64,000 nucleotides of DNA, taken from the NCBI GenBank assembly GCA_034113365.1, contig JAXEXP010000034.1:11345-75344 (forward strand). The letters run 5' to 3'. Numbering within the stretch: position 1 is the stretch's first letter; each line of letters starts with the position of its first letter. The position numbers and the translations under genes were made by a program. This DNA is from Candidatus Spyradocola sp. Lineage in GTDB: Bacteria; Bacillota; Clostridia; Christensenellales; UBA1750. This document shows positions 29,268 through 38,098 of this stretch, piece after piece. The notes under the pieces are model-generated. The model made no database searches, had not been told where the DNA came from, and was given only the letters and a program-made list of their open reading frames with translations.

Positions 29268-30818
29268 TTATGCCCCGAACGCATCAAAATCCGCCGCATC
29301 CGCCCCCGAAAACGCCTCGTTTACGGGCCTGTCCAGCACCAGTTTGACCACCGAAACGAGGGTGTTTTCCGCCTGATTTTCCACCCGAACGGCGCGCATT
29401 TCCCCCTGCTTTGCAAGCGTGACGCGGCCTCCGGTGAGGCACTGCGCGCTGCGCACGGCATACCCGCCCGCGGGCAGGCGGAACCCCTTCCGCTCCTCCC
29501 CGAGAAGCAGCGCATAGAGCGCATCGCCCCTCCAGGTGAAGCCGCCGCGGTCCATGTCGTTGCGCAAAGGGCCGCCGTTCGTGTCGTAGATGGCCTCGCC
29601 ATAGCGCTCCAACCAGCGGCCCACCGCAAGCAGGCATTGGGCATGCGCCGGGTCTATGGAGCCGTCGGGGCGGGGACTGACGTTGAGCAGCAGGTTGCCG
29701 CCGCCCGTCACCACGCGCGTGAGCAGGGCCAGCACCTCCTCGGGGCTGCGCAGGCGGCCGTCCGGCGTCCAACCCCAGGTCTCCGACAGCGTGTCGCAGG
29801 TCTCCCAGGGGTGCTGCGGGTCGAACGCGCCCACAACGCGCTCGGGCGTGGTGTAGTCGCCGCAGCGGCGCATGCCCAGGCGGTTGTTGACGACGATGCC
29901 GGGCTGGGCCTCGCGCACCATCGCGTCCAGCTCGGCTTCGCCCCAGAAATCCTCCACAATGGGGCGCTGCATCCAGCCCTCGGGCTGCATCCGCGCGGGG
30001 TCGAGCTGCTGCAGGTCGCAGCCGTGCGCCAGCCAGAAGTCCTCGCCGCCGTCGTACCACAGGATGTCGATGGGGCCATAGCCCGTGACCAGCTCGCGCA
30101 CCTGTTCATGGCACTGCGAACGCATGGCAAGCGCGCTGCGGCGGTACATCTTCGGGTGGAAGAAGCCCTCGCAGCGCCAGTCCATGGGCGAATAGTACAG
30201 GCCCGTCCACAGCCCGGCCGCGCGGCAGCCCTGCACGTAGTCGCGCACCAGGTCGCGCCCGGCGGCTGCCTGCATCACGGTGAAATCGCCGATGGAATGC
30301 GCGCTGTCAAACAGGCAGAAGCCGTCGTGGTGGCGGGTGGTGAGCACCATGTACTTCATGCCCGCGTCCCGGGCCAGCTGCGCAAGCGCGGCGCCGTCGA
30401 AGCGCTGCGCGGTGAGCTGCGCGGCAAGCCGTGCGTAGTCATCCTTGTCGATGGGCTCGTTGAACATGGCCCACTCGCCGCGGCCCAGCACGGAATACAG
30501 GCCGTAGTGCAGGAACATGCCGAACTTCAGACCGCGCCACTGCTCGACCCTCGTCTCTTTTCTCATGGGATGGGTCCCTCCTTTGCCATAGGAGCCGCGC
30601 ATGGCGCACAGGCGGGCGTCCTGACTGCCGCCCAGCAGCTCCTGCGGCGGGCAGTCCAGCGCTGCAGCCAGGCGCTCCACCGTCTGCAGGTCGGGCACGA
30701 CGCGCCCCGTCTCCCACTTGCTGACCGCCTGCTTGGAGACGAACAGCGCGCGCCCCAGCGCAGCCTGCGTCATCCCGCGCGCCCTGCGCCTCTGCCGGAT
30801 CCTCTGCCCAATGTCCAT
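29268..30818 (-). CDS. XRE-family HTH domain fused in frame to a GH29 alpha-L-fucosidase (the fucosidase may also start internally at 30566)
   Basis: The N-terminal 70 aa, MDIGQRIRQRRRARGMTQAALGRALFVSKQAVSKWETGRVVPDLQTVERLAAAL, form a Cro/C1-type HTH. From residue ~85 GH29 blocks appear: LKFGMFLHYGLYSV, GEW, KYMVLTTRHHDGFCLFDS, IDILWYDGG. An internal ATG (30566) is preceded by AAAGGAGGG. Confidence 0.75.
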   Translation of the reverse strand: MDIGQRIRQRRRARGMTQAALGRALFVSKQAVSKWETGRVVPDLQTVERLAAALDCPPQELLGGSQDARLCAMRGSYGKGGTHPMRKETRVEQWRGLKFGMFLHYGLYSVLGRGEWAMFNEPIDKDDYARLAAQLTAQRFDGAALAQLARDAGMKYMVLTTRHHDGFCLFDSAHSIGDFTVMQAAAGRDLVRDYVQGCRAAGLWTGLYYSPMDWRCEGFFHPKMYRRSALAMRSQCHEQVRELVTGYGPIDILWYDGGEDFWLAHGCDLQQLDPARMQPEGWMQRPIVEDFWGEAELDAMVREAQPGIVVNNRLGMRRCGDYTTPERVVGAFDPQHPWETCDTLSETWGWTPDGRLRSPEEVLALLTRVVTGGGNLLLNVSPRPDGSIDPAHAQCLLAVGRWLERYGEAIYDTNGGPLRNDMDRGGFTWRGDALYALLLGEERKGFRLPAGGYAVRSAQCLTGGRVTLAKQGEMRAVRVENQAENTLVSVVKLVLDRPVNEAFSGADAADFDAFGA

Positions 30819-30920
30819 GCCGTTCACGCTCCCTTTATCCCTAGCGTACCGTGCGGCGGCGGCGCTGTCAAGCCCGGGAAGGTCTCCCGTTGGTTGACCG
30901 CATTTTCTCCCGCAGCGCGG

Positions 30921-30950
30921 CACAAAAAAGCCCGGGGGATTCCGGGCTTT
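30921..30950 (-). terminator. Intrinsic terminator after the C39-like peptidase gene
   Basis: Minus strand: AAAGCCCGG AATCC CCCGGGCTTT followed by TTTTGTG. Confidence 0.75.
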
Positions 30951-30973
30951 GGGATGAAAACAGCAGCCTTCTG

Positions 30974-31570
30974 CTATTGTTCCAAGACGATATAGGTATT
31001 CTTTTTGCAGATCCCCGTTTCCAGCATGGCTTCAAATTCGCTTTCCGACAGCACCCGGTTGTAGTGCGGTTCATCCGCATTGACATAAGCCCTCAGCGAG
31101 TCCGCCGCGTAGATATTCTCTTCATCATATCCTACGATCGGCAGATAGTGATAATAGCTTTCCTGCGGCGACGTTTTTACAAATGCGATCACCGGCACGC
31201 CCCTGCTCAGGGCGTGCTTTATCTGCATGACCGTTCCGCTGCACAGCCTTGCTTTGCAGCCGCTTTCCTGCAAATACTTCACCAGATTTTCAGGCGAAAC
31301 CGTTCCGTCCGTGTTTTTATAGGGATTATGCTGATATAGTGTCAAACCATCGGCTTCTTCGCCCATGCTTCTTAAGACATACGCTGCTGCATAGCCTGAG
31401 CACTCGTATCCGGATTGATACTCGATGTGATTGTCCGCTGTGATCATGTACTCTTTGGGCGTGCTGAGCAAAACATACAGGTTCATCGTCAGGAAAGCCA
31501 GAATTAGGATCCCAACAACGCCTGCGACGCATTTGACGATTCTATTTCCCGCTTTTTTCGATAGAGTCAT
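30974..31570 (-). CDS. Membrane-anchored papain-fold cysteine peptidase, C39-like (Peptidase_C39_2/BtrH-like)
   Basis: The N-terminal TM helix is VKCVAGVVGILILAFLTMNLYVLL. The candidate catalytic Cys is in YECSGYAAAYVLRS and the candidate His in YHYLPIVGYDEEN, with C39-like spacing. The assignment is by eye only. Confidence 0.6.
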   Translation of the reverse strand: MTLSKKAGNRIVKCVAGVVGILILAFLTMNLYVLLSTPKEYMITADNHIEYQSGYECSGYAAAYVLRSMGEEADGLTLYQHNPYKNTDGTVSPENLVKYLQESGCKARLCSGTVMQIKHALSRGVPVIAFVKTSPQESYYHYLPIVGYDEENIYAADSLRAYVNADEPHYNRVLSESEFEAMLETGICKKNTYIVLEQ

Positions 31571-31591
31571 TTCCGCCTCCGCATGGTTTTT

Positions 31592-32038
31592 TCACAGATT
31601 CAGGATCATACCGGCGAGCATGACCACTGTCAACGATAACGAAAACGCGATGCCTATGCCCGTAATGATCATCTGGCCCCTGTTTCTGACCGTCCTGATC
31701 TGAAAAACCATCGATGCGATCCCGACGATCCATCCAAAGAGCGGCGGAAAGGATAAATAGGTCAGCACGCTTGCCCTTATGCGCAGAGCATTTCCTCTTT
31801 CCGAGTTAGTTTGCGGCTCGATCTCGTTCTTCTCTATCTCATCCTTCAGAAGATAGTCCAGTGAACAGTTGAATAGCTTGCTGAGCATAATGAGCTTCTC
31901 CGTATTGGGATAGACGCTGTCGAGCTCCCATTTGGAAACAGATTGCCTGGACACCTGAAGGATCTCTGCAAACTGCTCCTGTGTCAGATTGTTGTCCCTT
32001 CTTATTTTCGCTATTTTTTCTCCGACCGTCATTTTCAT
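31592..32038 (-). CDS. Membrane-tethered XRE-family transcriptional regulator (N-terminal HTH, C-terminal TM helices)
   Basis: MKMTVGEKIAKIRRDNNLTQEQFAEILQVSRQSVSKWELDSVYPNTEKLIMLSKLFNCSLDYLL is a Cro/C1 HTH. The C-terminus carries TM segments LTYLSFPPLFGWIVGIASMVF and MIITGIGIAFSLSLTVVMLAGMIL. The stop is 21 nt before the peptidase gene. Confidence 0.8.
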   Translation of the reverse strand: MKMTVGEKIAKIRRDNNLTQEQFAEILQVSRQSVSKWELDSVYPNTEKLIMLSKLFNCSLDYLLKDEIEKNEIEPQTNSERGNALRIRASVLTYLSFPPLFGWIVGIASMVFQIRTVRNRGQMIITGIGIAFSLSLTVVMLAGMILNL

Positions 32039-32291
32039 TAACCTCCGATCCTTTTCTTGACCTGATCCTACCAAATCACAGGCTTGGAATCCAGATAATC
32101 CAAGTTGCATCCTGACTATCCTGCGTTACATAAGCGAATACAAGAACATTCACGGCAGTTCAAGCTGCTGTGAATGTCAACTGCCTTGTGGACGCCTTTG
32201 CTTCCGTTCGGGCATATAGCGGTTCGGGATCCAATGCGGAGCGCAGGGCAGCGGATTCTCGGCGGCGCAGGACGGTCTTTGGGCGCGAGCG

Positions 32292-32783
32292 CTATCCCAG
32301 CTTTGCCATGTAGTATTCGTCCAGGTACCTGCCGTCGGCAAAAATGGAGTTTCGCCTGACGCCCTCGATTCGGAAGCCGCTTTTCGTATACAGGCGAAGC
32401 GCGGCTTCGTTTTCGCAGATCACTGTCAGCTCCAGGCGGGTGATGTGCGTTTGCCCGGCCCAGGCGTCCAGCCGCTTGAAAAACTCCGTGCCGATCCCCT
32501 GACCGCGGTAGTCCCGCAGGATGCCGACGACGATATACGCCGTATGCGCGATGCGGCGCTGCCTGCCCCTTTGCGCGGAGATGTACCCCACGAGGCGGTG
32601 TTCCGTTTCGGCGGCGAGAAGAAAGTCGTCCCTCTGGGAATCCCGGATGACGGACCGGACCTGTGAAAGGTCCCTCGTCCTTTCGCCCGGCTCGTACAGC
32701 ATGTACTCCGTCTCATGGTCCAGCCGGTCCATCAGCGCCCAGAACCGCTCGGCGTCCTCATGGGACAAATTCCTGTACTCCAT
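32292..32783 (-). CDS. GNAT-family N-acetyltransferase
   Basis: The acetyl-CoA motif is ILRDYRGQGIGTEFFKRL. The start was taken at MEYRNLSHEDAERFW. Confidence 0.85.
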   Translation of the reverse strand: MEYRNLSHEDAERFWALMDRLDHETEYMLYEPGERTRDLSQVRSVIRDSQRDDFLLAAETEHRLVGYISAQRGRQRRIAHTAYIVVGILRDYRGQGIGTEFFKRLDAWAGQTHITRLELTVICENEAALRLYTKSGFRIEGVRRNSIFADGRYLDEYYMAKLG

Positions 32784-32883
32784 CTGTTTTTCCTGCCTAT
32801 TTCCAAAGAATACCGCAAAAATGCGAAACACGGCCGGTATGGAAAACGCCCGAACGGTTTCGTCCGGGCATTCTTTGCATCGT

Positions 32884-33300
32884 TCAGAATTCGGGGCTTC
32901 GCGGGCTTTCCCTGCGGCAGGCTTCCACTACCCCCACGATGAGATACCCGATCAGCAGCGCGGACACGGGCAGCGTGCCCGCCATGTCCACGGCGGTGAC
33001 GGTCATGCCGAGAATGTAAAACGCCAGACAAAGCCAAGCATGCACCGCGATGCTGATCAGGCGCGCCGCGATCACCGCGCCCCGGAAGGCATGATTGGCG
33101 GCGGGCCGCTCGCACGCCCACAGCAGGCCAACCAGGACGAACTCAGCAATCATGAGCATCGTGGGCCCCTTCACTGCAAAGGTTGTCGCCTGAACCTCGC
33201 GCAGCATCTGCCTAACGACGGAGGCCAGATAGGTGGCGGCGTTGCACAGCAGGGCATAGAGCAGGTAGAGCGTGGTGCCCACGCGGGTAGGCTGTGTCAT
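32884..33300 (-). CDS. Hypothetical membrane protein (138 aa, about 4 TM)
   Basis: GGAGG lies 7 nt upstream of the ATG. The hydrophobic segments look ordinary. No family recognised. Confidence 0.6.
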   Translation of the reverse strand: MTQPTRVGTTLYLLYALLCNAATYLASVVRQMLREVQATTFAVKGPTMLMIAEFVLVGLLWACERPAANHAFRGAVIAARLISIAVHAWLCLAFYILGMTVTAVDMAGTLPVSALLIGYLIVGVVEACRRESPRSPEF

Positions 33301-33405
33301 GGGTGAGCCTCCTGTTCTGCGGTCGTGAGGGATGTCTCATCGGATGCCTATGGGAAGCGGTTTCCGCACATGGGGAGATTGGTGCAGGGAGGCGTTATTG
33401 CAGGG

Positions 33406-33699
33406 CTACTCTTCGTCGTCCTCGAACTCGACGGCCTCGAGGTACTTGGCGTAGAGCTCGTTGAGCAGCTTTTCGTCGTCGACGCCCTGGTAGACGTCGT
33501 CCTCGCCGTCCTTGCCCGGGATGATCTCCAGGAAGATCAGCGCGTTTTCGTCCTCATCCTCGCCATAGTCGATGCCCTGGATGGGGATGAGGCACACGTA
33601 CTCGCGGTTCTTGTGCATGACCGTGACCACGTGCTCAAACTGCACGTCGTTGCCGTCCTCGTCGGTGAGCACGACGATGTTGTCCATTTCTTCCGTCAT
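33406..33699 (-). CDS. DUF1292 family protein
   Basis: IVVLTDEDGNDVQFEHVVTVMHKNREYVCLIP ... acidic tail. This is the typical DUF1292 sequence and sits in the typical position after ruvX. Confidence 0.85.
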   Translation of the reverse strand: MTEEMDNIVVLTDEDGNDVQFEHVVTVMHKNREYVCLIPIQGIDYGEDEDENALIFLEIIPGKDGEDDVYQGVDDEKLLNELYAKYLEAVEFEDDEE

Positions 33700-33702
33700 G
33701 GG

Positions 33703-34146
33703 TCATTCCTCCTTATCATAGCGCGCGGGGTTCTGCATGTAGGTTTGCAGGATGAGCACCGCGGCGACTTTGTCGACGTAGGGCTTGTGGTTCTTGCGGC
33801 GCAGGCCGCCGTCCTGCAGCGCGAGGTGGGCGCTGGCGCTGGTGAGGCGCTCGTCCACGTAGCGGATGGGCAGGCCGGTATGGGCGTGGAGCGCGTCGCC
33901 GAAGTCGCGGGTGTCGCGCGCCTGCTGGCCTTCGGTGCCGTCCATGTTGCGGGGCAGGCCGAGGACAAAGGCTTCGGCTTTGCGGTCGGAAGCGATCTGC
34001 GCGATGTGGGTCAGGTCGTTCTGGAGGCCCCTGCGCGTCCAGGTCTCGATGGCCTGGGCGGTGATGCCCAGCGCGTCGCTGCCCGCGACGCCGATGCGCA
34101 CGCTGCCCACGTCCAGCGCGACCACGTTTTTTGCCATGCTGTTCAC
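33703..34146 (-). CDS. ruvX: Holliday-junction resolvase-like pre-16S rRNA nuclease RuvX/YqgF
   Basis: VVALDVGSVRIGVAGSD, LGLPRNMDGTEG, DERLTS, VDKVAAVLILQ. Confidence 0.9.
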   Translation of the reverse strand: MNSMAKNVVALDVGSVRIGVAGSDALGITAQAIETWTRRGLQNDLTHIAQIASDRKAEAFVLGLPRNMDGTEGQQARDTRDFGDALHAHTGLPIRYVDERLTSASAHLALQDGGLRRKNHKPYVDKVAAVLILQTYMQNPARYDKEE

Positions 34147-34204
34147 CTAAAAAAACGCGCGCCCAAGCCAAGGCCCGACGCGCGCCCCTTTCGATAGGAT
34201 GTGT

Positions 34205-34465
34205 TTACTGGTCCTCTTCCAGCACGTAGGAGCGGACGAGCTCCTCCAGCAGCTCATCGCGCTCAAGCTGGCGGATGAGGTAGCGGGCGTTGCCGTAGCT
34301 GGTGATGTAGGTCGGGTCGCCGGAGAGCAGATACCCGACGATCTGATTGATGGGGTCGTACCCCTTTTGCTTGAGCGAATTGTAGACGCTCATCAGAATG
34401 TCGTGCGCGTTCATGGACACTGCGTTATCCAGCTTAAAGCGCATCGTATCGTTGAACTGATCCAT
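34205..34465 (-). CDS. IreB-family regulatory phosphoprotein (UPF0297/DUF965)
   Basis: Only the last 86 codons of track ORF 34205..34906 were used: [12 protein letters not shown]...[44 protein letters not shown]. Confidence 0.85.
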   Translation of the reverse strand: MDQFNDTMRFKLDNAVSMNAHDILMSVYNSLKQKGYDPINQIVGYLLSGDPTYITSYGNARYLIRQLERDELLEELVRSYVLEEDQ

Positions 34466-34566
34466 GCCTCGTGCCCCTCCCTCTCTGGTATCAAAATCAT
34501 TATACACTATCGGGGCGCGGAATTCAAACCCTTTATGCCGAAGTGTCTCATAATGCGGTTCAACTG

Positions 34567-35595
34567 TCAGGTTTCCAGTCTCGCATCGCGCAAGGCGCGC
34601 AGCGCGGCGCGCAGGGAGACGGCGGCGGGCACAGCGTAGAACATGCCGGGCAGGCCCGCGATCCAGCCGCCCGCGATCAGCGAGAGCACGACAAGGGCGG
34701 GGTGCAGGCTGGCCATTTCGCCGATGAGGCGGGGAGAGACGAACAGGCCCTCGATCTGCTGGGCGGCAAACACCACCAGCACGCCGCCCAGCACCGCGGG
34801 CAGGCCGCGGCCCGCGCAGAACACCACGATGGGGATGGCGCCCAGCCAGGGGCCAAAGTAGGGGATGAGGTTGCACAGCATCATGGTGGCGCCCAGCGCC
34901 AGCCACGAGGGAATGCCGAGCAGCAGCAGGCCAAGGCCCGTGAGCGTGCCGGTGACAAAGGACACCATCAGCTGGCCGGCGACGTAGGCGCCCACCGCGT
35001 CGCGCACGGACAGGCCCACGCGCAGCACGCTGCGGCGCGCGGAGCTGGGGATGAGGCGGGTGAGGAAGGAAAACAGGCGGCGCTTGTCCCGGAGCATGTA
35101 GAAGGCGAGCACGGGGGCAAACACCAGGTAGCCCAGGCTGCTGACGCCCTTTGCAAAGGTGACGAGGCGGTCCATCAGGAACTGCGCGCCGGCGTCGAGC
35201 AGGCGGGCGGCCTGGGCGCGCAGCACGGTGACGGCCTCGTCGGGCAGGCCCGCTCTGCCCAGCGAAGCGGTCATGCGCGTCAGCTGCTCACCAAAGGATT
35301 CCACCAGCTGGGGCGCGGCCTGGGCCAGCGCGGTGAGCTGACGGGACAGCGCCGGCACACCAAAGAACAGGAAAGCAGCCAGCGCAAGTGCGGCCGAGGC
35401 AAAGGCCAGGGCAGCGCAGGGGCCTTGCGCCAGGCGGGTATGGCGGCGGTAGAAGCGGGAAAGGGGGTCGAGCAGGTAGGCCAGCGTGCCCGACACAAGC
35501 AAAAGCAGGGCAATGCGCCCCAGTACCTTCCGAAGAAGCACCGCAAGCGCAATGCCCGCAAGCAGCAGCAATGCTCTTTTCCATCGCGTGGTCAT
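34567..35595 (-). CDS. AI-2E family transporter (PerM/UPF0118)
   Basis: A 342-aa polytopic protein with the typical C-terminal block [16 protein letters not shown] ... FVSPRLIG. Confidence 0.82.
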   Translation of the reverse strand: MTTRWKRALLLLAGIALAVLLRKVLGRIALLLLVSGTLAYLLDPLSRFYRRHTRLAQGPCAALAFASAALALAAFLFFGVPALSRQLTALAQAAPQLVESFGEQLTRMTASLGRAGLPDEAVTVLRAQAARLLDAGAQFLMDRLVTFAKGVSSLGYLVFAPVLAFYMLRDKRRLFSFLTRLIPSSARRSVLRVGLSVRDAVGAYVAGQLMVSFVTGTLTGLGLLLLGIPSWLALGATMMLCNLIPYFGPWLGAIPIVVFCAGRGLPAVLGGVLVVFAAQQIEGLFVSPRLIGEMASLHPALVVLSLIAGGWIAGLPGMFYAVPAAVSLRAALRALRDARLET

Positions 35596-35778
35596 CTACA
35601 TTCTTTTTTCCAGCATGGGGGCGACCTTTTTGACCATGCGCTTGCCGCGCTTGACCGCGTGCCGCGCCATGCCGCGCCCCTGCGGACAGGCCAGCACCGC
35701 CGCGGTGACCGCCGCCGCGCCCGCGACCATGCCCATGACCATGCCCACGCCCAGATAGGACTTTCTCAACAGAAACAC
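35596..35778 (-). CDS. Possible small membrane protein (60 aa)
   Basis: GTG at 35778 lies 11 nt after AAAGGAGG. There is one TM helix (GVGMVMGMVAGAAAVTAAVLA) and a basic tail. The stop abuts the AI-2E start. Confidence 0.4.
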   Translation of the reverse strand: MFLLRKSYLGVGMVMGMVAGAAAVTAAVLACPQGRGMARHAVKRGKRMVKKVAPMLEKRM

Positions 35779-35824
35779 CCTCGATTCCGCCTCCTTTGCT
35801 CGTCGACCGGGAAAGATGAGTTCA

Positions 35825-36304
35825 TCAGGAGCAGGCCGGAGGGGATGGCTCCTCCCCGGCTTCCTCCGTCACGGCCACCACGCCGTCGGGCCGCATTGTG
35901 AAATCCCGCACCCGGATGCGCCCGCGCGAAAAGTCGTCCACAATGCCATGGGAGACCTCCAGCGCGAGCACGCGGCCGCTGCTCTCCTCCACAAACGCGT
36001 CCGTCACCCAGCCCAGGCGCTCGCCCGACGTGGACAGCACGGTCAGGCCGATGGCGTCCTCCTGATGGCGGACGGCTGCGGGCGGCTTTTCCACGGCGTG
36101 CACCGTCACCGTCACCTCGCCCCACAGGGCGATATTGCCGAATGAGACGAAGCGCTTTTTGCGGAACAGGCCGCGCAGCCGCAGCAGCAGGCCCTGTGCG
36201 TCCTGCCCGTCGGCGCTCAGGCAGACCCGCTCGACGAACCCCAGCCGCCGCCCCGTTTTTTCCGTGACGGCGACAAGGCCCGCGATCTTCGATATGCGTT
36301 TCAT
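35825..36304 (-). CDS. PRC-barrel domain protein (YlmC/YmxH-like, two PRC-like halves)
   Basis: Starting at MKRISKIAGLVAVTEKTGRRLGFVERVCL, with a second half LSTSGERLGWVTDAFVEESSGRVLALEVSHG. Confidence 0.65.
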   Translation of the reverse strand: MKRISKIAGLVAVTEKTGRRLGFVERVCLSADGQDAQGLLLRLRGLFRKKRFVSFGNIALWGEVTVTVHAVEKPPAAVRHQEDAIGLTVLSTSGERLGWVTDAFVEESSGRVLALEVSHGIVDDFSRGRIRVRDFTMRPDGVVAVTEEAGEEPSPPACS

Positions 36305-36349
36305 GCACATCTCCCTTTTTGCAAGCAGTGCGTTCTTCACTGGACATAA

Positions 36350-36395
36350 ATTGCCCCGCTTTGCGGCCGCTCATGCAGCCAGAAAGCGGGGCAAT
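36350..36395 (-). terminator. Hairpin downstream of nifU
   Basis: A 13-bp perfect stem, attgccccgcttt ... aaagcggggcaat, with a 20-nt loop. On the minus strand it is followed by TTATGTCC. Confidence 0.5.
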
Positions 36396-36425
36396 GCCCA
36401 GTTTTATGAAATTTGATGGGGGAGC

Positions 36426-36845
36426 TCAGTCCTCGTCGTGCTCGACGTCGGGCTTGGTAAAGCCCTCGGGCAGCGGGATGTTGTTCTTGTTGAAGTAGTC
36501 CTCCAGCGCCTCTTTGAGCGCCTGCTCGGCCAGCAGCGAGCAGTGCATCTTGACGGGGGGCAGGCCGTCCAGCGCCTCGGCAACGGCCTTGTTGGTCAGC
36601 TTGAGCGCCTCCTCGATGGACTTGCCCTTGACCATCTCGGTGGCCATGGAGGAGGTGGCGATGGCCGCGCCGCAGCCGAAGGTCTTGAACTTGACGTCGG
36701 TGATGATGCCGTCCTCGATCTTGAGGAAGATGCGCATGATGTCGCCGCACTTGGGGTTGCCCACGGTGCCCACGCCGTCGGCGTTCTCGATCTCGCCCAC
36801 GTTGCGCGGGTTGGTGAAGTGATCCATTACCTTCTCAGAATACAT
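36426..36845 (-). CDS. nifU: Fe-S cluster assembly scaffold (NifU/IscU N-domain type)
   Basis: HFTNPRNVG, GNPKCGD, FKTFGCGAAIATSS, KMHCSLLAEQAL. Confidence 0.92.
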   Translation of the reverse strand: MYSEKVMDHFTNPRNVGEIENADGVGTVGNPKCGDIMRIFLKIEDGIITDVKFKTFGCGAAIATSSMATEMVKGKSIEEALKLTNKAVAEALDGLPPVKMHCSLLAEQALKEALEDYFNKNNIPLPEGFTKPDVEHDED

Positions 36846-36883
36846 AAATTGCTCTCCTTGCCTGTATCGTGCGTTATGATGGC

Positions 36884-38068
36884 TTACTGCTTCTTGGAAA
36901 CGTAGTCGGCGTACAGCGGGGACATGGAGCGCAGGCGCTCGACGATCTTGGGCAGCTGCTCAAGCACGTAATCGACGTCCTGCTCGGTGTTGTCGCGGCC
37001 CAGCGTCAGGCGCAGGGAGCCGTGCGCGATCTCGTGCGGCAGGCCGATGGCCAGCAGCACATGGGAGGGGTCCAGGCTGCCCGAGGTGCAGGCGGAGCCG
37101 GAAGAGCCTGCGATGCCCACCATGTCCAGCGACAGCAGCAGCGACTCGCCCTCGATGAAGCGGACGGAGACGTTGACGTTGCCGGGCAGGCGGCGGGTGG
37201 GATGGCCGTTGAGGCGGGAATCGGGGATCTTTTCGAGGATGCCCTGGATGAGGCGGTCGCGCATGGCGGTCAGGCGGGCGTTCTCCTCCTGCTGCTCGGC
37301 GGTGATCATCTCGATGGCCTTGCCCATGCCCACGATGGCGGGCAGGTTCTCGGTGCCGGCTCTACGGCTGCGCTCCTGTGCGCCGCCCTCGATGAGGTTC
37401 TCCAGGCGCACGCCGGAACGGACGTACAGCGCGCCCACGCCCTTGGGGGCGTAGAACTTGTGGCCCGACATGGACAGCATGTCCACGTTCATGGCCTTGA
37501 CGTCCACCGGGACGTGGCCGATGGCCTGCACGGCGTCGGTGTGGAAGAGCACGCCATGCTTCTTGCAGACCGCGCCGATCTCGGCGATGGGCTCGATTGT
37601 GCCGATCTCGTTGTTGGCCATCATGATGGAGACGAGGATGGTCTCGGGGGTGATGGCGGCCTCGACCTGCTCGGGCGTGACCAGACCGTACTCGTCGACG
37701 GGCAGGTAGGTGACGGTAAAGCCCTCTTTTTCCAGCGCCTTGCAGGTGTGCAGGATGGCGTGGTGCTCGATGGCGGTGGTGATGATGTGGTTGCCCTTGG
37801 CGCGCAGCTGATGCGCGGTGCCCTTGAGCGCCCAGTTGTCGGACTCGGAGCCGCCGGCGGTGAAGAAGATCTCCTCCTTCTTGGCGCCGATGGCGGTGGC
37901 GACCTGCGTGCGCGCCTTCTCCAGCGCTTTTTTCGCCTCGCGGCCGAACGCGTGCACGGAGCTCGGGTTGCCGTAGGTTTCGGTCATGATGGGCAGGACC
38001 TCCGCCGCCACCTCGGGGCGCACGCGCGTGGTCGCCGCATTGTCCAGATAAATTCTCTCCATATTCAT
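36884..38068 (-). CDS. nifS: Cysteine desulfurase NifS
   Basis: IYLDNAATT, the PLP-lysine block SMSGHKFYAPKGVGALY and the catalytic loop AGSSGSACTSGS. The start could be 38062 or 38068. Confidence 0.92.
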   Translation of the reverse strand: MNMERIYLDNAATTRVRPEVAAEVLPIMTETYGNPSSVHAFGREAKKALEKARTQVATAIGAKKEEIFFTAGGSESDNWALKGTAHQLRAKGNHIITTAIEHHAILHTCKALEKEGFTVTYLPVDEYGLVTPEQVEAAITPETILVSIMMANNEIGTIEPIAEIGAVCKKHGVLFHTDAVQAIGHVPVDVKAMNVDMLSMSGHKFYAPKGVGALYVRSGVRLENLIEGGAQERSRRAGTENLPAIVGMGKAIEMITAEQQEENARLTAMRDRLIQGILEKIPDSRLNGHPTRRLPGNVNVSVRFIEGESLLLSLDMVGIAGSSGSACTSGSLDPSHVLLAIGLPHEIAHGSLRLTLGRDNTEQDVDYVLEQLPKIVERLRSMSPLYADYVSKKQ

Positions 38069-38098
38069 ACATCCTCCGGCCATTGATCGGCCTGTAAA

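Noticed and set aside
28497-30995. 832-aa plus-strand ORF spanning the NUDIX and GH29 genes.
   Set aside because: The sequence is Pro/Arg/Ala-rich nonsense and crosses two independent minus-strand genes and their intergenic terminator. It is not coding.
32174-32359. 61-aa plus-strand ORF containing ...ILGGAGRS..., considered as a possible double-glycine leader peptide substrate for the nearby C39-like peptidase.
   Set aside because: It has no RBS and GC-rich Arg/Gly/Ala composition. It overlaps the 3' end of the GNAT gene on the opposite strand, and it lies outside the lower-GC islet. It is most likely spurious.
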